Shown here: positions 29,124 to 37,705 of the stretch, piece by piece
Position numbering within the stretch: position 1 is the first letter of the stretch
How the letters are laid out: the number at the start of each line of letters is the position of its first letter
Origin: Vicinamibacteria bacterium
GTDB taxonomy: Bacteria > Acidobacteriota > Vicinamibacteria > Vicinamibacterales > JAENWD01
Direction of reading: 5' to 3'
NCBI GenBank assembly: GCA_963837165.1
Contig: CAWIMD010000002.1
Location: forward strand, 184,143 to 248,142
DNA: 64,000 bases
Program-made: the position numbers and the translations under genes
The notes under the pieces: generated by a model
What the model was told of the DNA's origin: nothing
Database searches by the model: none
Seen by the model: the letters and a program-made list of their open reading frames with translations, nothing else

Positions 29124-30491
29124 GTGGTGCGACAAGCCGGTGCGTGGGCGCTGACCTTGAGCCTCGTGGCGGTCCTGCCCCTCCTGATCGAACGGCCGCC
29201 GCATGAGGCCGCGGTGGCAGCGGCTGCAGCCGTCGTCCCGGAGCAGTCGCCGGCCGCCAGCACGCCGAGCCGCCCGGTGCAGTCGCTGACCGCAGGGCTG
29301 TCCGCGACCGACGCGGCCGCCCGCGCGACCGCCGCCTGCGAGCTCGGTGAGCGCGGCGCCGATGCCATCAGCGCGGTGCCGTCGCTCGTGGCGCTGCTCG
29401 CCGACGACGCACGGGTGGACGATATCGAATGCGGCGACACCGAGGGCGGCGGAGCCCGGTGGCTCGCCGGCGGCGACCTGCGCCAGTGCGCCACGTCTCC
29501 GGCGCGTGAATCGGCTCGCGCGCTCGCGCGGATTGGCGCCGACGCCGTGAGGCCGCTCATCGCGGCGCTCTCGGACGTGCGGGCGACGATGCGCCGGTAC
29601 GCGGCGGTGGCACTGGGACTGATGCGCGATCACGCGGCCGCGCGGCCCGCCCTCGCCCGGCTCGAGTCCACGCTCGGAGACGACGACTGGCAGGTGCGGC
29701 GCAGCGTCGTGTGGGCGCTGGCCGAGGTGGGCGATCGAGGTGTCGCCTCACCGATCACCGCGCGGCTGAGGGAAGACGCGCACCCGCGCGTCCGCGAGAT
29801 GGCCGCCCACGGGCTCGCCAGCCTCGAGGACCCGCACGTGGCGCCCGCCCTCGTTGCGGCGCTGACCGACGAGGACTGGGGCGTTCGCCGCGAAGCCGTG
29901 CACGGTCTGGGCGACCTCCATGCGGCTGCCGATCTGGACGCCATCCTCGGCCGCCTGGACGACGAGCATCCCCGTGTCCGCGAGATGTCGGCGTGGGCCC
30001 TCGGCGAGATTGGCGACCACCGCGCCGCGCCCGGCCTTCGCCGCGCGCTGCGGGACCGCGAGCCCGACGTGCGCCACCAGACGGCGTGGGCGCTTGGCGA
30101 GCTGAAGGACGAAGGCAGCGCCGCCGCGCTGGCCGACACGCTCCGTCACGATGCCAGCGCGGAGGTGCGCCACATGGCCGCCTGGGCGCTGGGCGAGATC
30201 CACGCGACGGCGGCGGTCTCGGCGCTCGTGGCGGCGCTTCGAGACGACGACGGCCGCGTGCGCGACATGTCGGCCTGGGCGCTCGGCGAGATCGGCAGCA
30301 GCGACGCCATCGACGGTCTCATCGCGGCCTTGAAGGACAGCGATTGGAAAGTGCGCGCCAAGGCGGCCTGGGCCATCGGCGAGATTGCCGACCGCCGGGC
30401 CACCGAGGCGTTGACGGCCAGCCTGAAGGACGAGCACCCCGAGGTTCGCAAGATGGCCGCCTGGGCGCTTGCCGAGGTCAGCGGGCGCTGA
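29124..30491 (+). CDS. HEAT (PBS-lyase-type) repeat protein with an N-terminal signal anchor
   Basis: Track ORF 29052..30491. Start moved to GTG 29124, 6 nt after AGGAGG (29112-17), because ATG 29052 lies inside the predicted -10/operator. At least 10 repeats of the type D.D..VR..AAWALGEIGD..A...L. Confidence 0.78.
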   Translation: MVRQAGAWALTLSLVAVLPLLIERPPHEAAVAAAAAVVPEQSPAASTPSRPVQSLTAGLSATDAAARATAACELGERGADAISAVPSLVALLADDARVDDIECGDTEGGGARWLAGGDLRQCATSPARESARALARIGADAVRPLIAALSDVRATMRRYAAVALGLMRDHAAARPALARLESTLGDDDWQVRRSVVWALAEVGDRGVASPITARLREDAHPRVREMAAHGLASLEDPHVAPALVAALTDEDWGVRREAVHGLGDLHAAADLDAILGRLDDEHPRVREMSAWALGEIGDHRAAPGLRRALRDREPDVRHQTAWALGELKDEGSAAALADTLRHDASAEVRHMAAWALGEIHATAAVSALVAALRDDDGRVRDMSAWALGEIGSSDAIDGLIAALKDSDWKVRAKAAWAIGEIADRRATEALTASLKDEHPEVRKMAAWALAEVSGR

Positions 30492-30512
30492 CGCCCGCCC
30501 ATTGGAGGATTC

Positions 30513-31274
30513 GTGACCATGTCTCTGCGCTCCGCCGTGATCGTCTTCCTGACCGCTCCCCTCGTGGCTGGCGCGGCGCTCGCCGCCGGCGGCCAGAGCC
30601 CGGCACCCGCGCCGGCTCCGGCCCCCACGCCCACGCCGACCCCGGCCGTGGCGCCGCGTGCGATGTCGATGCCGATGCATCTGGCGATGCCGATGCCGAT
30701 GCCGATGCCCATGCCGACACCGACACCGACGCCGATGGTCTACGCCTTCGCGCATGGCCGCCACGAGCGCGGCTCGCTCACGCTGCCGCCCGCCACCGTC
30801 ACGGCGCTCCAGGAGGCGGTGCACGACGAGGACGCCGACGTCCGCCAGCAGGCGCTCGCGCTGCTGAGCCGTCTGCAGGCGGGCGTTCCGATCGACACGC
30901 TGCTCGGCGCCGCCAGGGATTCCGACGCCGACGTCAGGCAGATGGCACTGGGCCTGCTCGGCGAGTCCGATGACCCCCGCGCGACGCCCGCGATTCTCGC
31001 CGCCGTCGGCGACAAGGACACCGATGTCCGGCAGCAGGCGCTTGCCGCGCTCGGCGAGCGCCAGGATCCGGCGGCAGTCGACGCGCTGCGGAAGGCGCTG
31101 CACGACCAGTCCGCCGACGTCCGCGAACAGGCGGCCTATGCGCTCGGCTCGACCGGCGACCCGGCCGTCGCCGACGCTCTCACCGCCGCGCTGAAGGATC
31201 CGGTGCCCGATGTCCGCCGGGCGGCGGCCATGGGGCTGGCCGCACTGGCCGAGGGCGGGCGCCATCGGCACTGA
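30513..31274 (+). CDS. Exported HEAT-repeat protein with PAPAP/TPTP and Met-Pro low-complexity linkers
   Basis: Signal peptide MSLRSAVIVFLTAPLVAGAALAAG, then PAPAPAPAPTPTPTP, AMSMPMHLAMPMPMPMPMPTPTPTP, then about 5 HEAT repeats (DADVRQQALALL, DADVRQMALGLLG, DTDVRQQALAALG...). Confidence 0.8.
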   Translation: MTMSLRSAVIVFLTAPLVAGAALAAGGQSPAPAPAPAPTPTPTPAVAPRAMSMPMHLAMPMPMPMPMPTPTPTPMVYAFAHGRHERGSLTLPPATVTALQEAVHDEDADVRQQALALLSRLQAGVPIDTLLGAARDSDADVRQMALGLLGESDDPRATPAILAAVGDKDTDVRQQALAALGERQDPAAVDALRKALHDQSADVREQAAYALGSTGDPAVADALTAALKDPVPDVRRAAAMGLAALAEGGRHRH

Positions 31275-31289
31275 GCATGCCGTGACGCG

Positions 31290-31325
31290 TGGACAGGAAC
31301 GATCCAATCTGCTAATTTGTTAGCA
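31290..31325 (+). promoter_or_regulatory. blaI promoter/operator: TGGACA-17-TAATTT with the palindrome TGCTAatttgtTAGCA
   Basis: tggaca at 31290-95, taattt at 31313-18, palindrome at 31310-31325. The flank TAGCACTG is identical to that at site 29059-29066. Confidence 0.5.
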
Positions 31326-31366
31326 CTGGCTGCCGCCCGCGGGGGCCGGCAGGGAGCATCGCCACC

Positions 31367-31753
31367 GTGCCCAAGAGCCTTGGAAACCTGAGCCGCCGCG
31401 AGCGGCAGATCATGGACGTCCTCTTCCAGAGGAGCCGCGCCACCGCCGCCGAGGTGCAGGAGGCGCTGCCCGAGCCGCCCAGCTACTCGGCGGTCCGCGC
31501 GCTGCTGCGGATCCTGGAAGAGAAGGGACATATCCGCCACGAGGCCGACGGACCGCGCTACGTCTACCTGCCGCGACACGACCGCGACAAGGCACGCCAG
31601 TCGGCCATGCGTCACGTGGTCCAGACGTTCTTCAACGGCTCGACCGGCGACGCGATCGCGGCGCTGCTGGGGTCGGACGGTGGACGCTTGTCGGCGGAGG
31701 AGATCGACCGGCTGGCCATCATGATGGATCAGGCCCGCAAGGAGGACGCATGA
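31367..31753 (+). CDS. blaI: BlaI/MecI/CopY-family transcriptional repressor
   Basis: LSRRERQIMDVLFQRSRATAAEVQEALPEPPSYSAVRALLRILEEKGHIRHEADGPRYVYLP (winged helix of the Penicillinase_R type). GTG start. The stop overlaps the blaR1-like ATG (ATGA). Confidence 0.9.
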   Translation: MPKSLGNLSRRERQIMDVLFQRSRATAAEVQEALPEPPSYSAVRALLRILEEKGHIRHEADGPRYVYLPRHDRDKARQSAMRHVVQTFFNGSTGDAIAALLGSDGGRLSAEEIDRLAIMMDQARKEDA

Positions 31754-33936
31754 TCACCCACGATGCCGGGGCGCTCGCGGCCCTGGGCACGCTCGCCCTG
31801 CGCGCGACCGTCGTGCTGACCGCGGCCTGGCTGGCCGCGAGGCTGGCGTCCGGCCGCTCGGCCGCCGTCCGACATGCCGTCTGGGCCGCGGGCCTGGCGT
31901 CGATCCTCGCGCTGCCGGTTCTGACGGGCGCGTTGCCCACGTGGGAGCTTCGCGTGCTGCCGGCGGATTCCTCGGGCAGCCCGAGCACCGGCGTCGAGCC
32001 GGAGCGGACGATGGCGGCCGCGCCGGCCGCGCCGCGCGTGCACCACTCCGCCACGACCGCTACGCCGACGGCGGCACTGGCCGCGCCCACGCCCGTCGTG
32101 GCCGGGCCGTCCACGCCGGCGCCAAGCGCGTGGACGCCTGCCACGCTCCTGCCGTGGGCCTGGGTGGCATGGGCTGTCGTGGCCGCGGCTCTGATGCTGC
32201 GCTATCTGGCCGGCATCGCGATGGTGGCGCGGATGACGCGGCGCGGCGCGCCGGCCGCCGGGGTGCGCTGGCGCGACGAGATCGAGGTGGCCGCCGCGGC
32301 CGTGGGCCTCGCGCGCGAGCCGCGCGTCGTGCTCTCCTCCGAGGTTTCGGTACCCTTCACCTGCGGGTTCCTTCGCCCGGCGCTGGTCCTGCCGCACTCG
32401 GCGGACACCTGGACCGACGAGCGCCTCCGCATCGTCCTGCTGCACGAGCTCGCGCACGTGGCCCGGCGCGATTGCCTGGTGCAGGCGGTCTCACATGCCG
32501 CCTGCGCTCTCTACTGGTTCCACCCGCTGGCCTGGCTTGCCGCGCGGCGGCTGCGCGCGGAGCGGGAACGCGCCTGCGACGACCTGGTGCTGCAGGCAGG
32601 CACTCGCGGCGCCACCTACGCCGAGCATCTGCTGGAGATCGCCCGCGCCGCCGTCCGGCGCTCGCCGCGGCTCGCGGGTGCCGCGCTGGCGATGGCGCGG
32701 CCGTCCGAGCTCGAGGGACGCCTGCTGGCCATCCTGGACGGCCGCCGCGATCGCGGCCGGTCGCGCCGCACCGTGTCCTGGCAGCTGCTGATCCTTGGCG
32801 CAGTGGTGCTCCTGCCGAGCGCAACGGTGCGCCTCGTGGCGCGTGACGCCGCCGCGGCGGTCATGCCGGCTCCCGAGGCGGCTCCTCAATCCGCGTCCGA
32901 CGCCGCAGCTCAGGGCGCGACGGCGACCACGACGCAGACCGTGGCCGTGACGCACGAGTCACCCCACGGTCGAGGCGCCGGTGTGGGACACGGCATTGGC
33001 GACGGGGTCGCGGAGGGCGTCGCCGGCGGCGTGACCCGCGGCGTCGTCGCAGGCGTCGCCTCGGGCGTCGCCGAGGGCATCGCTGGCGGCGTGGCGGGCG
33101 GGGTTGGCCAGACGGTCGTCGCGGCGCTTGCCGGATCGGACGACGACGAGCAGAAGACACTGCCGCCGGCGGTACTGCAGGGACTGACCGAGGCGCTGAA
33201 GGACAGCGATGCCGAGGTGCGCAAGCAGGCGCTGCGCGCGCTCGCGCGCTTCCACTCGCCCGAGGCCTACGAGGCGTTCTCCACGGCGCTGAAGGACAGC
33301 GACCCGGAGATTCGGCAGCAGGCGGTCTTCGCGCTCGCCCACCTGCACGACGCGCGTGCCGTCCAGCCGCTCACCGGCATGCTTCGGGACGGCGACGCCG
33401 ACGTGCGGCAGCAGGCCGCGTTCGGGCTCGGGCAGCTTCGCGCGAAAGAGGCCGTCCAGCCGCTGATCGGGCTGCTGCACGATCCGAACGACGACGTGCG
33501 CGAGCAGACGATCTTCGCGCTGGGTCAGATTGGCGACTCGTCGGCCGCGTCCGCCATTGCCGGCGCGCTGACCGACAAGGCCGACGACGTGCGCCAGCAG
33601 GCGGCGTTTGCGCTGGGGCAGTTCGGCGATCCGGGCGGGGTGCCAGGGCTGGTGGTGGCGCTCGCGGACAAGGCGCCCGAGGTGCGGCAGCAGGCGGCGT
33701 TCGCGCTGGGACAGATTGGCGACGACCGCGCGCTCGACGCGCTGACCGCCGCGCTGAAGGATCCGAACGCCGAGGTGCGTGAGCAGGCGATCTTCGCGAT
33801 CTCGCAGATTGCCGGGGGTGGCAGACACCACCCCCGGGCCATCCAGCCGCCACCGCCTGCGGCGGCCGCGCCGGCGGTGGCACCCACTCCGAGGCCGGCC
33901 GGAACGCCGGTACCGCCGCCTCCGCAGCCGCGCTGA
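31750..33936 (+). CDS. M56-family (BlaR1-like) membrane metallopeptidase fused to a C-terminal HEAT-repeat domain
   Basis: N-terminal TM region, FLRPALVLP and LLHELAHVARRD (HExxH). A further TM helix, a G-V-x-x low-complexity linker (GVGHGIGDGVAEGVAGGVTRGVVAGVASGVAEGIAGGVAGGVGQ), about 8 HEAT repeats (DADVRQQAAFGLGQL...), and a Pro-rich tail. No penicillin-binding domain. Confidence 0.85.
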   Translation: MITHDAGALAALGTLALRATVVLTAAWLAARLASGRSAAVRHAVWAAGLASILALPVLTGALPTWELRVLPADSSGSPSTGVEPERTMAAAPAAPRVHHSATTATPTAALAAPTPVVAGPSTPAPSAWTPATLLPWAWVAWAVVAAALMLRYLAGIAMVARMTRRGAPAAGVRWRDEIEVAAAAVGLAREPRVVLSSEVSVPFTCGFLRPALVLPHSADTWTDERLRIVLLHELAHVARRDCLVQAVSHAACALYWFHPLAWLAARRLRAERERACDDLVLQAGTRGATYAEHLLEIARAAVRRSPRLAGAALAMARPSELEGRLLAILDGRRDRGRSRRTVSWQLLILGAVVLLPSATVRLVARDAAAAVMPAPEAAPQSASDAAAQGATATTTQTVAVTHESPHGRGAGVGHGIGDGVAEGVAGGVTRGVVAGVASGVAEGIAGGVAGGVGQTVVAALAGSDDDEQKTLPPAVLQGLTEALKDSDAEVRKQALRALARFHSPEAYEAFSTALKDSDPEIRQQAVFALAHLHDARAVQPLTGMLRDGDADVRQQAAFGLGQLRAKEAVQPLIGLLHDPNDDVREQTIFALGQIGDSSAASAIAGALTDKADDVRQQAAFALGQFGDPGGVPGLVVALADKAPEVRQQAAFALGQIGDDRALDALTAALKDPNAEVREQAIFAISQIAGGGRHHPRAIQPPPPAAAAPAVAPTPRPAGTPVPPPPQPR

Positions 33937-33941
33937 GAGCC

Positions 33942-35300
33942 CTACTTCGCGCTCTTCGGAACCCGCACCTCCGTGGAGGACGTCGCCACGTTGCCGGCGG
34001 CGTCCGTGCACTGGACCGTCAGCGTGTAGACGCACTCGCGGCCGCTCTTGGACTTCGACGCGCGCAGGCTGGCCGTCATCGGGCCGGTGACCAGCATGTC
34101 GGCCTGCGGAGCGTCGCCGCCCGAGATGCCCACCAGCTGGCAGGTGGGTGACTCGCCCGAGTCGTCGCTGGCGCTGACCGAGAGAGTGACCGGCACCATC
34201 TGGTTGTTCGGCGGCCAGAGCGTGTCGGGCGATGCATGCACCGATTCGATGACTGGCGCGGTCACATCCGCGTCCTCCTCGGACGTGATCGTCAGCCGGA
34301 ACGCGCGCAGGGCGCCCTCCAGGCGGCCGTCGCCGACGACCACGCCATGGTCGTTCACGGCATACGCCGTCTCCAGCACCCACCCGGATGCCGGATCGAT
34401 CAGGTCGTTGAGGTCGGTGAGCGTGCCGCCCTGCCACATGCAGGCGTGGGTCGCGCCGGCCGCCGTCCTCGACATTCCGACGATCGTCCCATTGTTGCTC
34501 ACGGCCAGCGCCTGGCTCAGCGTGCCGCCCAGCGTGCCGAGGTCCACGGCCGTCGCGTCGCTGGTCCACGCCGTCGCGTGCGCCTGGTTGCTGACGTTCA
34601 TCGAGTAGCCGACGACGAGGCCGGCATCGTTGATGCCGAAGGCGCTGCCGAAGTTGGCGCCGAGCGTCGCGAGCTGGTGCAGGGTGCCGTCGTACCGCAC
34701 GGCGAAGGTGAGGTTCGAGGCGTCGCGCGAATTGCCGACGACCACGCCCGCCGCGTTGATCGCGTTCGCCGAGCTGAGCTTGCCGCCGCCGGCCAGATCC
34801 CCCATATCTTCGGCCGGCAATCCGGGCGTCTGGCGGAAACCGTGGGTCACGCCCGACGGGTTCTGGAAGCCCGCCACGACGCCGGAGGCGTTGATCGCCT
34901 GCGCGGTCGCCTGCGTGGCGCCCGCCAGATAGGGCACGTCGGTGAACGTGTTGCTCGCCGAGTCGTAGCGGAATGCGTGCGTGAGGCCGCCGGCGTCGTA
35001 GTACCGGCCGGTGACGACACCGCCGTCGTTGACCGCCAGCCCGTCGAGGCTGCTCGCGCCGAGCGGCAGGGGCACCATGGCGGGCGTGGCCATCTGACTG
35101 AAGCCGAAGTCCACCGCGCCGTCCACGCCGAAGCCCGCGGCCAGGCCGTTGCCGTTGAGGCCACGCGCGTGCGTGGCGAATCCCGCCGGCCCGATCTCCT
35201 CGATCGTGACGGTCGGTCCGGCGGCCCTGAGGACGGGCGACGGGCTGCCGGCCGCAATGCCCAGCGCCAGGATGCCGGTGAGGGTCCAACGTGATTGCAT
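33942..35300 (-). CDS. Exported HAF-family repeat protein with a C-terminal Ig-like domain
   Basis: Signal peptide MQSRWTLTGILALGIAAG. Repeated ...A.GIN..G.VVG...HAF... units (GLTHAFRY, GVTHGFRQ, AHATAW, ATHACMW, LRAFRL). The family name is from memory of TIGR-type 'HAF' extracellular repeats. Confidence 0.7.
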   Translation of the reverse strand: MQSRWTLTGILALGIAAGSPSPVLRAAGPTVTIEEIGPAGFATHARGLNGNGLAAGFGVDGAVDFGFSQMATPAMVPLPLGASSLDGLAVNDGGVVTGRYYDAGGLTHAFRYDSASNTFTDVPYLAGATQATAQAINASGVVAGFQNPSGVTHGFRQTPGLPAEDMGDLAGGGKLSSANAINAAGVVVGNSRDASNLTFAVRYDGTLHQLATLGANFGSAFGINDAGLVVGYSMNVSNQAHATAWTSDATAVDLGTLGGTLSQALAVSNNGTIVGMSRTAAGATHACMWQGGTLTDLNDLIDPASGWVLETAYAVNDHGVVVGDGRLEGALRAFRLTITSEEDADVTAPVIESVHASPDTLWPPNNQMVPVTLSVSASDDSGESPTCQLVGISGGDAPQADMLVTGPMTASLRASKSKSGRECVYTLTVQCTDAAGNVATSSTEVRVPKSAK

Positions 35301-35420
35301 GGCAGACTCTCCGCGGCTGGGGGCGCCAGCTCAAGGGGCAAGGCCCGTGCCCGGGGGCCTCGATCCGCCTAAATACTGCCCTCTGCGGGAGGTTGCGCCG
35401 ATCCTGGCCCATCGGCACGG

Positions 35421-35642
35421 GTGGCGGCGTGTGCCAGGACGGGACACACTGCTACCAGGATTGAGATCCGTCGCCTTGCCGGGCCCTGGAACATTCGGAA
35501 TCCCGAGACCGAGCGCCTGGCGACGGAGTTGGCCCGACAGACCGGCGAAACCGAGACGGCGGGAGTGACAAAGGCGCTGCGCGATCGGCTCGCCCGGGTC
35601 CGGCGCGAGCGATCCAGTCGCCGGCCCACCGGGCCGGCTTGA
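35421..35642 (+). pseudogene. VapB-type (Rv0623/PSK-like) antitoxin remnant
   Basis: NIRNPETERLATELARQTGETETAGVTKALRDRLARVRRE matches the family core. There is no proper start codon next to the conserved N-terminus, and the C-terminal half is replaced by unrelated residues. Confidence 0.45.
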
Positions 35643-35758
35643 ACTACGTCGATTGCTTCTCGTGCGCCCTCGCGATGGCGTCCGGCGAACCGCTCCTGTT
35701 CAAGGGAGACGACTTCGGGCACACGGACATCGCGATCGTCAGTCGGCCGCCCGGCTGA
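35639..35758 (+). pseudogene. PIN-domain VapC toxin remnant (last 39 or so codons only)
   Basis: My translation of frame 35639: LNYVDCFSCALAMASGEPLLFKGDDFGHTDIAIV-stop. This is the typical C-terminal end of VapC. The N-terminal 90 or so residues are absent. Confidence 0.5.
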
Positions 35759-35770
35759 CCGCTACGCCAT

Positions 35771-37693
35771 TCACGCGTTGGCAGCGGTCCGTGGCGTCTC
35801 CGGCGTGCCTTGGCCGCCGTGTTCCTCCGGCGGCTGCCCCAGGATCTGCCGCAGCTCCTCGCCTTCCATGACCTCGCGCTCGAGGAGCCGCCGGGTGACG
35901 GTCTCGAGATGGCCGCGCTGCCCGCTGATCACCCGGCGCGCCGTGTCGTGGGCGTCGGTCATGATCTGCTTCACCTCGGCGTCGATCAGCCGTGCCGTCT
36001 CTTCCGCGTACACGCCGCGCTCGCTCGGCAGGCCCAGCTCCAGGAAGCGGCTCCGCTTCTCGCCGGCGTAGTTCACGGCGCCGAGCTTGTCGCTCATGCC
36101 CCACTCGGTGACCATCGCGCGCGCGATGTCGGAGGCGCGCTGCAGGTCGTTCTGCGCGCCGGTCGAGATCTCGCCCAGCGCGATTTCTTCGGCCGTCCGC
36201 CCGCCCAGCAGCACGGCCAGCTGGTTCTTGAGGTCCGTGCGCGTCATCAGGTACTTGTCCTCGAGCGGCAGCTGCATCGTGTAGCCGAGCGCGCCGAAGC
36301 CGCGCTGGACGATCGAGATCTTGTGCACGCGATCCAGGCCGGGGAGGGCAGAGGCGACCAGCGCGTGCCCCGACTCGTGGTACGCCACGATCTCGCGCTC
36401 CTTCGGGTTCATCACGCGCTTCTTCTCGAGCCCCGCGATCAGCCGATCGATCGCCTCGTCGAAGTCGCGCATCTCGACGGCCTTCTTGTCCTTGCGCGCC
36501 GCGAGCAGCGCCGCTTCGTTCACGAGGTTGGCCAGATCCGCGCCGGCGAAGCCGACCGTGCGGCCGGCCACGACCTTCAGATCCACCTCAGGCGCGACCT
36601 TCACCTGCCGCGTGTGGATCCGCAGCACCTGCTCGCGGCCGTTGATGTCGGGCTTGTCCACGAGCACCTGCCGATCGAACCGGCCGGGGCGGAGCAGTGC
36701 CGGATCGAGCACCTCGGGACGGTTCGTCGCGCCCATGATGATGACGGCCTTGCGCGAGTCGAAGCCGTCCATCTCGGCGAGCAGCTGGTTCAGCGTCTGC
36801 TCCCGTTCCTCGTGGCTCCCCATCGGGCTCTGCACGCGCATCTTGCCCAGCGCGTCCAGCTCGTCGATGAAGACGATGCAGGGCGCCTTCTGCTCGGCCT
36901 GCGCGAACAGATCGCGCACGCGCGCGGCGCCGACGCCGACGAACATCTCCACGAACTCCGACCCGCTCAGCGAGAAGAATGGCACCTTGGCTTCGCCGGC
37001 CACGGCGCGCGCCAGCAGCGTCTTGCCGGTTCCGGGCGGGCCGACCAGCAGCACGCCCTTCGGAATACGCCCGCCGAGGATGGTGTACTTCTTGGGGGTC
37101 TTCAGGAACTCGACGATCTCCTTGAGCTCTTCCTCGGCCTCGTCCACGCCGGCCACGTCCGAGAAGCTCACTTTCACGTCGTCTTCGGCGTAGATCTTGG
37201 CGCGGCTGCGCGCGAACGACATGACGCCGCCCTCGGCGCCGCCAATCCGGCGGAAGAAGAAGCTCCAGACGGCGATGAGCAGCACGAGCGGGATCACCCA
37301 GCCGAGCACCTCGGGCAGCCAGCGGCTGACCGTCTCGCCGGTGAACTTCACCTTGTGGGCCTCGAGATCCTCGACGAGCTTCGGGTCCTCGATGCGGGTG
37401 GTCACGAACTGGTCGGTGCGCTGGCGGCCCTCGCCCTGCGCCTCGCGCAGCTTGCCGGTAATCGTTTCGTCGCCGACCTTCACCTCGATCACCTGGTCGC
37501 TGCGCACGAGCCCCTTGAAGTCGCTGTAGGCGATCGTGCGGCCGGACGGCGTGAGGAACCAGGCCTGGGCGACCGCAAGGAGGAAGAGAGCCCCCAACAC
37601 GTACCAGATGGAGAAGGCCGGCCGCTGGGGGCCGAGCGGCCGGCGTTCGCCGGGCTTCCTGTCGCGGGGAGAGGGAGGCGCCTTGATCGCCAC
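35771..37693 (-). CDS. ftsH: ATP-dependent zinc metalloprotease FtsH
   Basis: 640 aa. Two TM helices, [25 protein letters not shown], the SRH, and HESGHALV (HExxH). Confidence 0.95.
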   Translation of the reverse strand: MAIKAPPSPRDRKPGERRPLGPQRPAFSIWYVLGALFLLAVAQAWFLTPSGRTIAYSDFKGLVRSDQVIEVKVGDETITGKLREAQGEGRQRTDQFVTTRIEDPKLVEDLEAHKVKFTGETVSRWLPEVLGWVIPLVLLIAVWSFFFRRIGGAEGGVMSFARSRAKIYAEDDVKVSFSDVAGVDEAEEELKEIVEFLKTPKKYTILGGRIPKGVLLVGPPGTGKTLLARAVAGEAKVPFFSLSGSEFVEMFVGVGAARVRDLFAQAEQKAPCIVFIDELDALGKMRVQSPMGSHEEREQTLNQLLAEMDGFDSRKAVIIMGATNRPEVLDPALLRPGRFDRQVLVDKPDINGREQVLRIHTRQVKVAPEVDLKVVAGRTVGFAGADLANLVNEAALLAARKDKKAVEMRDFDEAIDRLIAGLEKKRVMNPKEREIVAYHESGHALVASALPGLDRVHKISIVQRGFGALGYTMQLPLEDKYLMTRTDLKNQLAVLLGGRTAEEIALGEISTGAQNDLQRASDIARAMVTEWGMSDKLGAVNYAGEKRSRFLELGLPSERGVYAEETARLIDAEVKQIMTDAHDTARRVISGQRGHLETVTRRLLEREVMEGEELRQILGQPPEEHGGQGTPETPRTAANA

Positions 37694-37705
37694 GAGACTC
37701 CTTCG

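Noticed and set aside
32959-35418. 819-aa minus-strand ORF spanning the blaR1-like 3' half and the HAF-repeat gene
   Set aside because: It is a different frame from the 452-aa HAF-repeat gene (which has a signal peptide and repeats), and antisense to the HEAT domain. Low-complexity Arg/Gly/Pro content.
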